Source of the DNA: Eledone cirrhosa
Taxonomy: Eukaryota
Assembly (NCBI GenBank): GCA_964016885.1
Contig: OZ024745.1
Location: 113,894,001 to 113,958,000 of the forward strand
Reading direction: 5' to 3'
Length of the DNA: 64,000 nt
The position numbers and the translations under genes were made by a program. Shown here piece by piece: positions 13,519 to 27,519 of the stretch (positions within the stretch are counted from its first letter, which is position 1; every line of letters starts with the position of its first letter). Under the pieces are notes generated by a model, which saw only the letters and a list, made by a program, of their open reading frames with translations, had not been told where the DNA came from and did not search any database.

Positions 13519-14299
13519 TCACACGTTTCACAAACTGAAGTTAAATACCCATGATTGTGCATAGATTTATTCACGTGTATATTTAAATGTAGTTAGTGAA
13601 ACATTAAACGAATGAATATATGTGAGTGTTGGTTGAATTTTCTGTTAGCTTCCTATAACATTTGATTATAGTCTCTAAATGGTAAATAATAGAAACCGTT
13701 GACAATTCTGCCTCCAGCTATCAGTTGACTCGGAAGAAAGAGACCGGGTCTCTGCTGTCTGTTGAAGTCTGAGACAGGAGAAGAATCTTGAATGTGTGTC
13801 TTGTCTGATTGTGTGTACGTGCGTGAATGTGTGTGCGTGTATGTGTGTGTTTGTGTGTCTGTCGTTGAGCCTATACATATGTACATGCATATATATATAT
13901 ATATATGTGTGTGTGTATGTGTGTGTTTGTGTGTGTGTTTCATATGGCATCTGTTTCTTAGCATTTTGCTATCTTCGCAGAAGCTTTCTTGTAGACAGCT
14001 AAAGACATACGTATACATTGTCATTATGATGCTTATATATCTTAGTTTCAGTTTGGCATTCTTTTGTCCACCGACTCGCACATCTACCCACAGACAATCA
14101 CATATATTTATTAGAATGTGTATACAAACGAGGGAAAGGTACTAAATTTCTGTCGTAGAATAAGGTGTATCATCATACTAAACACGGACGCTCAACCTCG
14201 CCATCGACTACCACAAGCCCAACTTCAGAATGTAAAGACACGGAATAAACTCCGCAAAGCATTTTACCGATTCGACCAAACCACCACCCTCGGCAAAAG

Positions 14300-14912
14300 T
14301 TAATATTTCTTTCTAATACTGGCAAAGGCCAGCATTTTATGGGAAGGTTAAAGCTGATTATTTTGACCTCAGTACTTAAATGGTACTTTAATTTATCGAC
14401 CCCGGAAAGATGAAAAGCAAAGTTGACCTCGACGGGATTTGGACTCAGGTCATAGAAATTCGTAAATAAATACACCAAAGCAGCTTTTCCGACGCTGTAC
14501 TAATACTGCGAATCCACTACGTACCACAAGAGTTTCTTCATTTGGCACAAGGCCAGCAATTTGAAGGGAAGGGTAAAGTCGATTAAGCCACCCTCAGAAT
14601 ATTAGTGGGACTTTATTTTATCGATCTCGTAAGGATAAAAGGTAAAACTAATCTTGACAGTAGAACGTCGTAACTAAATACTGCAAAGCATTTTCTCCGA
14701 CACTCTACCGATATTGCCAATCAACTACAGATAATAATTGTTTCTACTTTTGGCACAATGCCAGCAATTATTTCAGTGCATTACTGGTACTTTATTTTAT
14801 CGACCCCGTAAGGATGAAAAGCAAAGTTAACCTCGGCGGGATTTGAACTCAGATCATAAAGGGCCGTAACTCTATGCTGCAAAGCCGTCCGGCCCTCTAC
14901 CGATACTGCCAA
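14300..14912 (-). mobile_element. Three head-to-tail SINE copies (two older, one young)
   Basis: Reverse-complement SINE cores at ~14300-14520, ~14535-14730 and 14735-14912. Confidence 0.8.
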
Positions 14913-16565
14913 CACATAATAATGTTAATAATGATAATTTCTTATTTTGGAACACGGCACAAATTTAATCTACTTTCTTCTTTCATTCAAATTGCTCTCC
15001 TTGTGTCAAAAATACAAAAATTATTGTTGTTACTGTTGTTGTTACTTCTGCTGTCGTTTTATGTCTAGTCAATAGTGAGATGCTTTCTTCCAGGTAGACT
15101 GAGAAATATCTTGTTTTTCACATATAAAACTTTCTACGGATTTTATTAATAATTTAACAGTATTGTCAGTCTGTGATTTGAAACTTCATCTTTGTTGTTG
15201 TATATGATGTTTTGTTTTCCTTGCTGTTGTTTCTGCTACTGCTGTGCTGACGGACATGGTGGTTGTGGTGATGGTGGTGTTGATTACCACGCGTTGTCGT
15301 CGTGATTATTGCTGATACGTTGTTTTTTATGAGACAGACAGTGATGCTGATGAAGCAGGTGATTGGACTAAACAACAATATAAGAAAGGTATTCATTGCA
15401 GGGAAATTACAGGGTGGGTTTGTCTGTAGTGACAGGGCTGTGGGAGTGAAGCAGCAGTGGTGGTGATATTAGTGATGGTATTGATGGAGTGGTAGTGGTG
15501 TTGATGGTAAAGATAGTGATATTAAGGGTGGCGTTAGTGGTAGTAAAGTTGGTGGAGTTGCTGACGGCAATAGTGGTAATATAAGTGGTGCTAATGGTAG
15601 TGGTGATGGTAGTGGTTGAATTGTTAGAAGAGCTGAAGACAAATGACAGTAGTATTAGTTGTGTTGATGGTAATGGCATCGTTGAAGGAGATGTTGGTAA
15701 CAATGTTAGTGGCATTAGATGTTATATTAGAGGTAAAGGGTAATCATATACAGATACGAAAATGAAGTTTGTGTATAACATCTGATTTGGGCACTGGACT
15801 TGCAAACTTAAATCAATGATCTAATAATGTCTTCGTTCTCCTATATTGTTTTACCACATTAACATCAAGAATACAGCTAAGTCTCACAAAGGAGTATGTT
15901 TATATTTCGTTGTTTAATAAACAAAAGAATGTCTTGCTCTTTCCCATTACGTGTGGACTCTCGCTGTTTTTCATCCTCCTGACTCTCTTTTCCACTGCAT
16001 CAGCCAGTACTCCATGCACCGGGTTATGCCACCATGTTTATCTATTCTTCAGGCTCAGTGAGCAGCAGGATGGTATGGCTCATCGTTCCAGCCTTCCGCA
16101 TTTACACAAACCACTCTCTTCTACTTTACAACGTTTTAGGTTTGGGGGACGAGAAAGCATTTCATAGAAGGAGCTAACCAGAAAACTAGTTCTGACTGTC
16201 TCCAACAGTCACAATGCGCATATATATATATAGAGAGAGAGATTATTTCTGAAGACAGCATATATATGTGTAGGTATGTATATTCCCTCTGATAGTTTGT
16301 AAACATTTTACATAGATCTATATGATATACATACCAACACTAACATATATATCCTAGAAACGATCGTAAAATGATGAATTTTTTTAATATAAGGAACTGT
16401 TTCTTTGTTTTTATTCATTATTTTTTTAATTTATCTTGACTCTGTTTTCCTGTGTTTTTCATCGAAAAAAAATGTTTGATTACATCTTCTCTTTTCATGA
16501 TATTCGGATTACATTGAGTTCTTCATACGGATTGGACACTACCGTATATTTTGGTAGATTTATCT

Positions 16566-16645
<80 letters not shown>

Positions 16646-16665
16646 ATATATATATACATATATAC

Positions 16666-17029
<364 letters not shown>

Positions 17030-17126
17030 ATATGTATATCTGTCTTTCTCCGTTATGACCCTCCTATACCCCGCAGTAATCTCATTAATTCGTCGAAACT
17101 GCACGAGGTTGAGATCTGAAGAGCAT

Positions 17127-17299
17127 TTGGCAGTATTGGTAGAGAGTCGGACGCCATGCTTTGAAGCCATAGAGTTACGTCCCTTTATGATCTGAGTTCA
17201 AATCCCGCCAAGGTTAACTTTGCCTTTCATCGATAAAATAAAGTACCAGTAATGTACTGGGATAATTGCTGGCCTTGTGCCAAAAGTAGAAACAATTAT
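17127..17299 (+). mobile_element. SINE, young subfamily (short internal deletion)
   Basis: Matches 256-436. Confidence 0.85.
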
Positions 17300-17484
17300 C
17301 TAATGTTTCTAACCTGTTCACTCTCATACATTCTTTTTCCTTCTCTCCCTTCGTTCGAGTCGTGTCAACTCCCATCTAGCCGCTCAACTTTGTCCTTCGA
17401 GGTAATACTTCACCCAACGCCGCTTCGGCGGCATTTTGCTGTTCTAACAGCTTCCATACGCCGAGTTATCCCATTTCCCTGAGA

Positions 17485-17516
<32 letters not shown>

Positions 17517-17659
17517 ATAAACGTGCTGCGTGGTTGCTAATGGGTTACATATGAATAAAGTTAGTCCTTCATCAGTGATCTTCCAACCATCATTGGTATT
17601 TCATCGCTTTAAAGACCATATACCTCCGGTTGGTGCGAGCAACAGCTAAAAAAAGTCGT

Positions 17660-17760
<101 letters not shown>

Positions 17761-17782
17761 GTTTGTACATATTTATGTATTG

Positions 17783-17823
<41 letters not shown>

Positions 17824-18261
17824 TACATATGGAATTAGACATGAAAGGGACACACATTTAGTCGTATATTAATTATGCTGTAGACGAATGCATATTATGC
17901 CAATTAGACTGGTCATTTCAGATAGTCCTAGTTAGTGTTTGATATAAATTCTGCTTGACTATAGATTTCTTTGTGAACAGAAGAGTATAGGTACTTGTCT
18001 TCTGATGAACGGGCAATTACTTTGAAATATTTAAAAGCTATCGTTCTATATTTATCTATGTACAAAGAGCTACGCATTCCATTCACGTTTGATTCAGAAC
18101 AAATCTTGTAAACCTGTAATGCCTCGCATCTTAGATTTTAAAATATACGCTGCCTCGTTTCGTTCATGTGTCGTATGTATATAGTAGCTGGAAATGAGTG
18201 GTTTTTGTTTTGTTCGTGGATAGCGTTAAATTGGTTTTGACTAATATTTATCTTGTTATAA

Positions 18262-18308
<47 letters not shown>

Positions 18309-18309
<1 letters not shown>

Positions 18310-19195
18310 GAGGTGGATCAGAAAAGTTCCAGGACTGATGTCGCAAAAGATTTATTTCAAACCCAAACTTCACACTAAGAGTTTCCTCCTTCAAAGCAAT
18401 CCCCTGGAGTCTACTGCACTTTTCCATCCTTTTTTGCCACACTTGCATGCACTCCTGGAAGGTTTCTTCCGGGATCCTCCGCAGTTCCGTCGTCACGGCC
18501 TTTTTGATGTCGTCCACGTCTTCAAAACGGGTCCCCTCCGGGTCGTACTCGAAGATTCATGTCTCATCACCGGTGATCACTGTCCCTAGCAAGTCAGGTT
18601 CGGTTTCAAGACGCTCGAGGATGTCCTGGCACACTTGCATGCGTCGACCCTTCTGGTCATCGTTCAGCAGTTTTGGCACCATCTTCGCGCAGACTTTCCG
18701 CACGTCCAAATCTTCAGTGAGAATCTTCCAGACGCTGTCCCGATTCATGCCCAGCTCATTTGCCACCAGTCGAACAGTCAGCCGATGATCGCTACGCACC
18801 ATCTGCCTGACGCGCTCAACGTTGACCTCAGTCCTGGTTGTTGAAGGCCTTCCGCTCCTGGGGTCATCTTCCACGCCCTCGCGTCATTCTTTAAACCTCA
18901 CTCAAAAACACGTGAGCGTGACATCGTCTCATCTCCATACACTTGGTGCAGTAATCCCAGTGCCTCTGACGGAGTTTTCAAGTTTGTTCGTTGCTCTGTG
19001 CTCATTGTTTGACGACCTGAAACAGAGGACATATATATAAAATTATGTAGAAAAAAGTTTGATCGCTGCAGAGAGCTAAGATTACAGTTACATACTCCAG
19101 GGGGATTACTTTGAAGGAGAAAAGTCTTAGTGTGACGTTTGGGTTTGAAATAAATCTTTTGTGACATCAGTCCTAGAACTTTTCTGACACACCCA
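18309..19195 (-). mobile_element. Internally deleted mariner transposon with ~100-bp TIRs
   Basis: TA flanks; TIRs CGAGGTGGATCAGAAAAGTTCCAGGACTGATGTC.../...GACATCAGTCCTAGAACTTTTCTGACAC. Transposase motifs EQRTNLK, VYGDETMSRSRVFE, DDPRSGRP, KMVPKLL (WVPxxL), ITGDET (first catalytic D); the rest of the DDD core is deleted. Confidence 0.92.
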
Positions 19196-19210
19196 TATAT
19201 ATATATATAT

Positions 19211-19540
19211 ATATTAAAATATAAGTATTAATAAAATAGATGTTCTTTTGATCAATTACATTTTATTATACATATTTCGGATGTACAACAGTACGTCCTC
19301 ATCAGAAAAAATATAATGATACATGTATCATTATATTTTGTCTGATGAGGACGTACTGTTGTACATCCGAAATATGTATAATAAAATGTAATTGATCAAA
19401 AAAACATCTATTTTATTAATATTTATATTCTAATATTAATAACTCCTGAAAATTATTTTTTCTCGTTGAGTGCTTCCAATCTACTGTAAAACTCATTCAT
19501 TGACATAATCATCGAATATTGTTTAACAACTTAATACTTA
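19211..19540 (+). mobile_element. Fold-back PLE-like terminal element, family D
   Basis: ~113-bp arms centred on GATACA|TGTATC (19323/19324), then a unique tail with TTGAGTGCTTCCAATC; (TA)n on both sides. Confidence 0.75.
19331..19391 (+). ncRNA. Minimal type I hammerhead ribozyme motif (mirror copy on - strand at ~19256-19316)
   Basis: Stem I TTATATTTTGT/ATAAAATGTAA (2 G-U); CTGATGA; stem II GGACGTAC-tgtt-GTACATCC (one mismatch); GAAA; 2-bp stem III AT-atgt-AT; AUA triplet at 19378-19380. Confidence 0.8.
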
Positions 19541-20463
19541 TATATATATATATATATATATGGAGGAAATATGTGGGTGTGTGTGTGTGGCTGATATATT
19601 AAATTGTTCGACTCACACATACGTACCACATGAAAATTAATTAAAATATCTTAGTATCCAGGCTTCGTCATATATTATGTGCTGAAATAAATAATCATTC
19701 TGATATTAATTAGAAGACCAATCTATTTTATTATTTGAGGAGATTATAAGAGAAAGCCGTGCCACCACGATTCATACTGGATTGAGAAAAGTGTTGAGGG
19801 CACCGATGTTAGTATCGGCGTTGGGGCATAATGTCAAGAATTATTGCACAACAATCTTCATTCAATATAATGAAGGTTACATAGAGTAACCTTAGGTCTC
19901 TGGCGAGTATATTCTGTTTACATGAAATTTCAGATGAAGGATTCAGAACTCTGTCATTATCTTCCTTGTCTATCAAATTATATTTTCTAGTTTCCTTAAT
20001 TTCCAATATATCACCTTGCTACTGTCGTTAACTACCGAATCAGCTAGTTGACCGGTAATTATGCTAATTTCTTTTGTTGTCGACATTCAATTCATTTTCC
20101 AATACTAATCTAATTCTCTGCTAGTAATTTAATTCAGTGATATTATAATTTTGTTTGATTTCCCTTCGCTGTGTACGTTTTATATCGTATGGGTCCTTTT
20201 TTTCGTATAAAGGTATTTATACATATTTTCTGTTATAACTCTTAAACCTATTTCGGACAAACCTGACGTTTATGCTTTTAATTTATATATAGTTTTGTGC
20301 TTCTCAAATTCCTTCGTCATATCATTAATAAACCCATGTTAGGTTTGCATTAGAATTGTCAATCAGTTGTTATTCAAGGAATATCACTGAAGTTAGTATA
20401 CAAGAAATAAGTTATGTCAGTGAGGAAGCGACTAGATGTATAAAAGAACCCAATAATTTCCAT

Positions 20464-20536
20464 TTAACACGTACATCTTAACACGTACATCTTAACACGT
20501 ACATCCTAACAGGTACGTCTTAACACGTACGTCTTA
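20464..20536. repeat. 14-bp tandem repeat (TTAACACGTACATC) x5
   Basis: Directly visible, minor variants. Confidence 0.9.
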
Positions 20537-21510
20537 TATCAAACTACACGAGAACATTTTATAAAATTAGCTGACGAGTTTTGGGTTTGGTTGAATATAT
20601 AGACATCTTTCACAGGATGGGCGCAAGCGTTTTTAACATATTTGAATATACTTGCAACCAAATCCAATTCTTTAATCAACAAAACGATATTACTTTAAAA
20701 CTCATCCCAATGACCACTGGAATGACACTGTTATGTACACTAGTAGGGAATAGGATCTTGTATATTAAAATTTCGGCCATTCATTTTTAGTATTCGTCTG
20801 CTGTTGGAAATGGTGACTTGTTGAGGCCTGCTAGGTTTTTGCTGTCATTTCTAATTATTTCGGATAGTTTTATGATACATTTTAATCATTTCAATATAAC
20901 TTTATTATTAATCTAGCTTCCTAAACCTAGTAGGTTTCAGTATAACATACGGAGTAGAACCTTGGGAGCTATACCAGCTTTTCACGTCGTTCTCCATTGC
21001 AGTTGGTGACACTCGAAACCCTAGAATGATAGAAGTCTGATTTTATACTTTGTGTTAAAGATGGTCCTGGATTGAGGTCCAAATTCCGTTTTATACACTG
21101 GAATATACAGAATTTATTTTGCGCTGCACTCATAACCTTTCTCTAGAGTAAGAAAAAGAGAAGGTAGCAGGCAATCCCTTTTAAAACATGTTAATTTGAC
21201 TTCATTCAATTGGGGATACAATCGTTATATTATACGAAGCATCAAGCAGTGTTTGGTACAAGGTTGCTCATGTGCACCACTCTTAAGAACTTTATTGTTT
21301 TCCCTTGAGAGGATAAAAAGTAAAATAGACTCCGGTTGGTTTTCAAACCGATACTACAAGTACTATGCTAAATGTTAAAACATAATCACAAAAAAAAACG
21401 ATATTTAGTTATAGAGATCAGGAAATGCTTTGAAATGAAGGATAGTCACTTTTTCATCTTGTTTGGTAATAGGCTTGAACAATCAGGGTTCACTTGAAAC
21501 TAATAAATAA

Positions 21511-22330
21511 TGAATTCGAATTTTGGCACAAAGCCAACAATTTTTGGGGAAGGAAAATTCGATTAAATTGATCACACTACTTCTGGTTCTTTATTTTATC
21601 AACTGGCTCTTTATTTTATCGACCTCGGAATCGCAACGTTGACTTCGGTGGGATTTGAACTCAGAACGTAGAAATAGGTTAATGGTTAATTGTTTCTACA
21701 TTTGGCACAAGGGCGGCAATTTGAAGGGAAGGAGGATGTCGATTAAATCAACCCCCAGCGTACTACTAGTATTTTATTTTATCGAAACCGTAAGGACGAA
21801 AGGCTAAGCTAGCCTCGTTGGGTTTTGAACTCAATGTAAATGAAGGACTTTGTTGTCCGATGCTCGAACGATTCTTTCAATCCATAAATAGGCTAATAAA
21901 TATTTAGGGTCAAAGCCAACAATTTTGGTGGAGAACAAATAGATTAAATCAACCCCTGTGCATTACTGGTACTTTATTTTATCTACCCCGTAAGAACGAA
22001 AGGCAAAGCCAACCTCAGTGGGATTTGAACTTAGAACGTAAAGAGACATATCTAGTTGCCGCAGAGCATGTTCTCTGATGCTCTACCAATACTGACAATC
22101 CATCGCCCTTAAAAGTACTTTCTGACTTAGGCATAAGGCGAACAATTTTGTGGGAGGTGAATGTTGATTTAATCGACTCCAGTGCGTTACTAGTACTTTA
22201 TTTTATTGACTGCATAAGGAAGAAAGGCGAAGCTAACCTCGGCAGTATTTGAACTCAGAAGGTAAAGGGTCTTAACTATATGCCACAAAGCATGTTATAC
22301 GACGCTCTACTGATACTGCCAATCCACATC
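21511..22330 (-). mobile_element. Array of ~4 diverged head-to-tail SINE copies
   Basis: Recurrent TTGGCACAA.GCC..CAATTT...ACTTTATTTTATCGAC...GATTTGAACTCAG at ~200-bp period. Confidence 0.8.
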
Positions 22331-22350
22331 CCTTAAAAGTTAATAAATAA

Positions 22351-22489
22351 TTGTTTCTACTTTTGGCACAAGGCCAGCAATTACCCAGTGCATTACTGGT
22401 ACTTTATTTTATCGACCTTACGGGGTCGATAAATAAAGTACCAGTAATGCACTGGGTAATTGCTGGCCTTGTGCCAAAAGTAGAAACAA
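22351..22489. mobile_element. Fold-back (palindromic) SINE 3' half
   Basis: ~67-bp inverted arms around TTACGG (22418-22423). Confidence 0.85.
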
Positions 22490-23479
22490 AAATACCAACA
22501 AAAATCATGCACCTTTGGTTACACCGCCATTCCAACTTATTAACAAGCAAAGCATTTATTACTGCATCCAGGTCAGAACACAATGTTAGTGGCTGAATTC
22601 GAAAGTTTTTAATAGAAAACGAAGCAACTTAAGCACTTTATTCACTCGACATTTATCGCTCATAACAAAAAGTAGAATGAATGAAAATAAGAATAAGAAA
22701 CTAACACAATGCTAGTTACAATAGCAACAACTCAACGAGCAACAAATCGTAATTCTATCAACAGCAACAAACAATTACTCATAAAAACAGATAAAGATCA
22801 TTAAAACAACCACTTTATTGCCATCTATTGGCTATATAATACATTAATTAAGACCCTACTACCGCTAGTTATCCATATTTTATAATCCCTTTTATAACAC
22901 AAAGCCAGGACACCGCAAATCTCCACTACTGCGTTTCGACCTCCTATATAATTAAGATATTCGTCTAACATTTTGATGTTGTCTGTATTGAATCATTGTT
23001 TGACACTAATAGTGATATTTTCTTTATAAATAGCACTACAATATGGTTGTATTTGTAGATCAAATGCTACCAAAGGAGCCTGTATATTGTGAAACAAAGT
23101 GCTAGAAATAACAGCAACATTTACATCAAATCCTACCACGAAGGCTACATAGGATAATGTTGTCCTAGATAAAATATTCTAATAGAATATTGGCGGCTGT
23201 GGCTAGAATGCCGTTGAACCTTGTTCTACTGAACTGCCGTTGAAAACAACAGAAACAAATGTCTTGAGTATTTAAATACGTATTTTTACGTTCTAAATTC
23301 AAATACTAGGCTAGGGTCAACTTTGTTTTCTTCGTCGATGCAGAAACTACCTATAGTATACCAAAGTTGATTAACTCGAATAGATGTGTCCTATTAAAAA
23401 AGCTTTGGCTTTGTGTCAATATTAGAAATGAATATTTTGTATACGAACTAGGGGTATGTTGATGTTTTAGTAACCATTA

Positions 23480-23660
23480 TTGGCAGTATCGGTAGAGGGT
23501 CGGACGCGATGCTTTACAGCATAGTTACGTCCCTTTACGATCTGAGTTCAAATCCCGCCGAGGTTAACTTTGCTTTTCATCCTTACGGGGTCGATAAAAT
23601 AAAGTACCAGTAATGCACTGGGTAATTGCTGGCCTTGTGCCTAAAAGTAGAAACAATTAT
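23480..23660 (+). mobile_element. SINE, young subfamily
   Basis: Matches 256-436. Confidence 0.85.
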
Positions 23661-26212
23661 TAAAACTAAAGACTGTTCATGTCCCCCTTGACATGTTTTA
23701 ATAAACAGTATAATAGCTGTCATTAAAACTGATATTCAGATTTTCCGAGTACTTCTTTCGGTTATTTCAGCATGAGACAAGTTTAATTGGTAATAAAGAT
23801 TTTTTTTTCTTTCATAAGTTACAATTTTAATAATTAATTATATCACCGCGTGCTCTAGAGAACAAGAAGTAAGCTTGCTGCAAATCGACGGGAGCTATTT
23901 CTCAGATGATACCTATGCTATTAAAACATGTTTCAGCATTTTAAGTATTAGACAGTTGCGTTTTCTGCTTGATCAAAAAGAACCCAATGTTTGCTGATAT
24001 CGAGTCTGTTTCGATTCGCGGTCAAAACCAATGAACGACCCGTGCACTAAATGTTTCCCTCTTCTCATTTAAATATAGAGCCTCTCTACTTATAATTCAA
24101 GAGAAACTGTTATTTACCAATAATAATATATAAACAAAGAGGCTTCTGATTGCAATTGTAAACTGAATTATCAAGAATATTGAAATAGTTGCTGTTTAAC
24201 CCCATATGAAACCTGATTAAGAAGACCTATCTGGTATAACAGTTTTTGATTTAGACACAAAGCCGACAATTTGGGGAGAGGGGAATGTTTATAAATTGAC
24301 CCAGTGTGTTACAGGCACTTTATTTTATCGATTATATAAGGATGAAAAACCTATCAATAATAAGAAACATTCAAGCTGTGACTGTCATGCATACTTTTCG
24401 ACACAATGTGTCTAAGTTTACACTATACACTTTCAAGAAGAGTCTTTCTAATAGGCTGTAGGTTATTTCCGATATAATATTTTAGTATACTAAATAACGT
24501 GAATGGAGCATGGCCGACTGATTAAGAAGTTAGCTAAGAAATGATAAGGTTCTGAATTCGATCACACACTGCGTAGAATCTTGGGCAACTCTTATCTATC
24601 ATAGCTTTGGGTCGTATCAAGTTATGTGGGCGAAATTTGTTAAATGGAAGCCTATCGAAAGCCTTGTCATACACAGTATGAGGCTAAGTCGTTCTGATCA
24701 TTACCTTAAGAGTATATTTGTTTGTAGAAAGCTCAGCTACTTGCACATTAACTTTGCGAGCAGGCTGTTCCATTGATCGAACTACTGAAATGCCTATCAT
24801 CAAAACTGACATAGTTCCATTCTACCATCAGTGAATTTTCTGACCACCAAAATCATTATCATATAATCTCCCTTAATTGTAAAGACCTACTAATGATTGG
24901 TTTAGGTTGGAATGAATATCGCAAGTAACAATGTTTGAAAATATTTTAGTTAAAATGATGATGATTGAGGAATTTGTTTCACATGTTAAGTTCTGAGGTG
25001 ACTCACCATTCAGATCATTTTTAGTTATTTTATCTAGCACTATCAGCTCAAATAAGGCACGTCAATTCTTTGCATATGAAAGCTGCTTTTCCCATCAAAG
25101 TTATTCTGTCAAGTATCCTATCTATAGATATAGACAAAGCCTACAGTTTTTAAATCGATTATGTAAGGATGAAAAACCTATCTATAATAAGAAACATTCA
25201 AGCTGTGACTGTCATGAATACTTTTCGACACAATGTCTCTAAGTTTACACTATACACTTTCAAGAAGAGTCTTTCTAATAGGCTGTTTTGATTTTAAAGG
25301 ATTTTAAAGGATAACGATAAAAATGTGTGTTTCTTGCCATCTCGGAAAAAAAAAGAAATTACTTCAAAAAATGGAACGTTAGGCTCTCTCTTCTTTCTCG
25401 ATTTTCCTCATTCATTTACATCAACAAGAAAAACACTATCTCCACCATTATCAATAACATCACTATTACTACCCTGTTTCCCAATTATATTAGTATTATT
25501 GAAGCAATTGCTATAACCATCGTCAACCACATTTAATATGTATTGCCGCTCATTCAACTATGATCACTGACTGCAGTTTACTTACTTACTATTTTCGACT
25601 TATCATTGAAATAATTAATTCAGTAGTTCGACTGGGTCGATGCAATCTAATGTTGTCGTAGATCCAGGCAAATGAAGCAAGTCAGGCCATTAATATAGCA
25701 AATATATTAATTAACCCTTTTTGTATCAGGATGGAACTGTCGCTTCTGGGCTACTTTAATATGATATATCGTAATTAAATCTTCCAGTATTAGGATCGAA
25801 TTTATCAGTTTTTATAGTTACCTGTTCCTACTCCCTCCGCTTACTTTCTGAAGTATTCACTATAAAATCTATTTATCTGTATAGACATGCGTGAGAATCT
25901 GTGCAAAATGTGTGTGTACTGGTAGGCTTCCGCTAGAAGCGCTACTGATTGCAGTGTGCTTCAGTGGTAATGTCTTCCAGCAAAGTGCATTTATTCAATC
26001 AAATAGAGGCAGTTTATTTAGCTGACCTCCTTCACTCTATCTCTCTCTCCCCCTTTCTCCCCCCTCTTCTCTCTCTCATTCTCTATTCTACCTCTCTCTT
26101 TCTCTCCCCTTTATGTAATATATACGTATATATTGTACATATACGTATATATTGTATATAATATGTGTATATATTCATAATATATATGTGTATATGTATG
26201 TATATATGCATA

Positions 26213-26293
<81 letters not shown>

Positions 26294-26869
26294 AGATAGA
26301 TAAATAGAGAGGGAGAAAGAGAGAGATTTACATTGAATTGATTTACACTGGAGTGGGAGGTTTTAACACGAAAAAGTACTCAATACACTTGAATGATATT
26401 TCCGATTTCCAGGCGACAAATGATAAAGTATATGAAGCATGTTCATATACACAACGGGCTGGATTTACTCGTATCATGCCGAAAACAACTTGGAGGAAAT
26501 TATAGATCTCAACCATGCCTTTATGTTAAATGTTTAAAATAGTATTAAAAACTATTACATTTTCTACAGATAATATATTCGTCTATAAAACTTTAACTGA
26601 AAAATTCCTATAACAACTTTATAGTGAACCTATACATTTAGAAGACCCTGGAAAAGAATGGATGATAAATATGAGAATTTGGTAGTATTCTCTAGCTATA
26701 AAAGGGGTGTTTTGCTACAGGCTAAATACTTGAATAATTAGTGTTAAAGTGGTTTAACAATTTTAGTACTTATTGTTTCACGTCCAGTTTTCTGGATTGA
26801 ACGAAGCTTACCCAAGTTTCGTGGCTTTAAACGACTGAGAATACAGGAAACCAATCAGTGCTAACATTC

Positions 26870-27300
26870 ATGTTCAACCCAAGTCATCCACCCCATAATA
26901 TGGCTGAGGATTCGAAGTTACTGGATCAGCATCTCTTAATGTCACGCTGCCCTTACTCTCGTCACGCATCAAAGCTGCGAAACGTAGGTTTCGACTTGCT
27001 TTAGATGCAACTGGCAACACACATCTCGACTGGTCCAACTGAATACACCAATACGACCGTCGCACCAGGCACTAACCTCCCTGAATCGGCTACACAAAGG
27101 TATTGGCTGATTCAATGGATCCATGCACCATCGGGTGATGCGTCCATCTGCAGCTAGCAAACAGCTGAACGCATACTAAGTGAATGCCCGGATCACCCCA
27201 CGCCTGAGAGTGTGTACCTCACGCATCCTAATCCCACTATCACGAGCTGCAGCGTCTGGGGGTCGTTACATGATTGCAGTCTGATACTCAAGAAGAAAAA
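26870..27300 (+). mobile_element. Decayed LINE 3' fragment (ORF2 C-terminal zinc-knuckle region)
   Basis: Reads LNRLHKGIG*FNGSMHHRVMRPSAA..QTAERILSECP, resembling LNRLRTGVGRF..MHKWG..CECG..QTA.HI..CP; ends in AAGAAGAAAAA. Clade not assigned. Confidence 0.55.
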
Positions 27301-27519
27301 CTGATTGAACTGGAGCAATGGGAAATGACAACGAACCTGCTAGTCTGAGAATGAAACACACTACCGTATGATCACCAGCTTAAGTCTACAATCCCTTGGC
27401 AACGCTCCTCGAGTAGATAGAGATTGAATATATAAATACGTTGTGCTTTTGGTTGACATGGGTTATTTTCATGGCTTTTGATATGTATATATAGCCAGCT
27501 TAGTCTACTTTAAAGTCTG

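Noticed and set aside
15910-16167. Possible coding exon in unique sequence
   Set aside because: No recognisable protein similarity or consistent splice pair.
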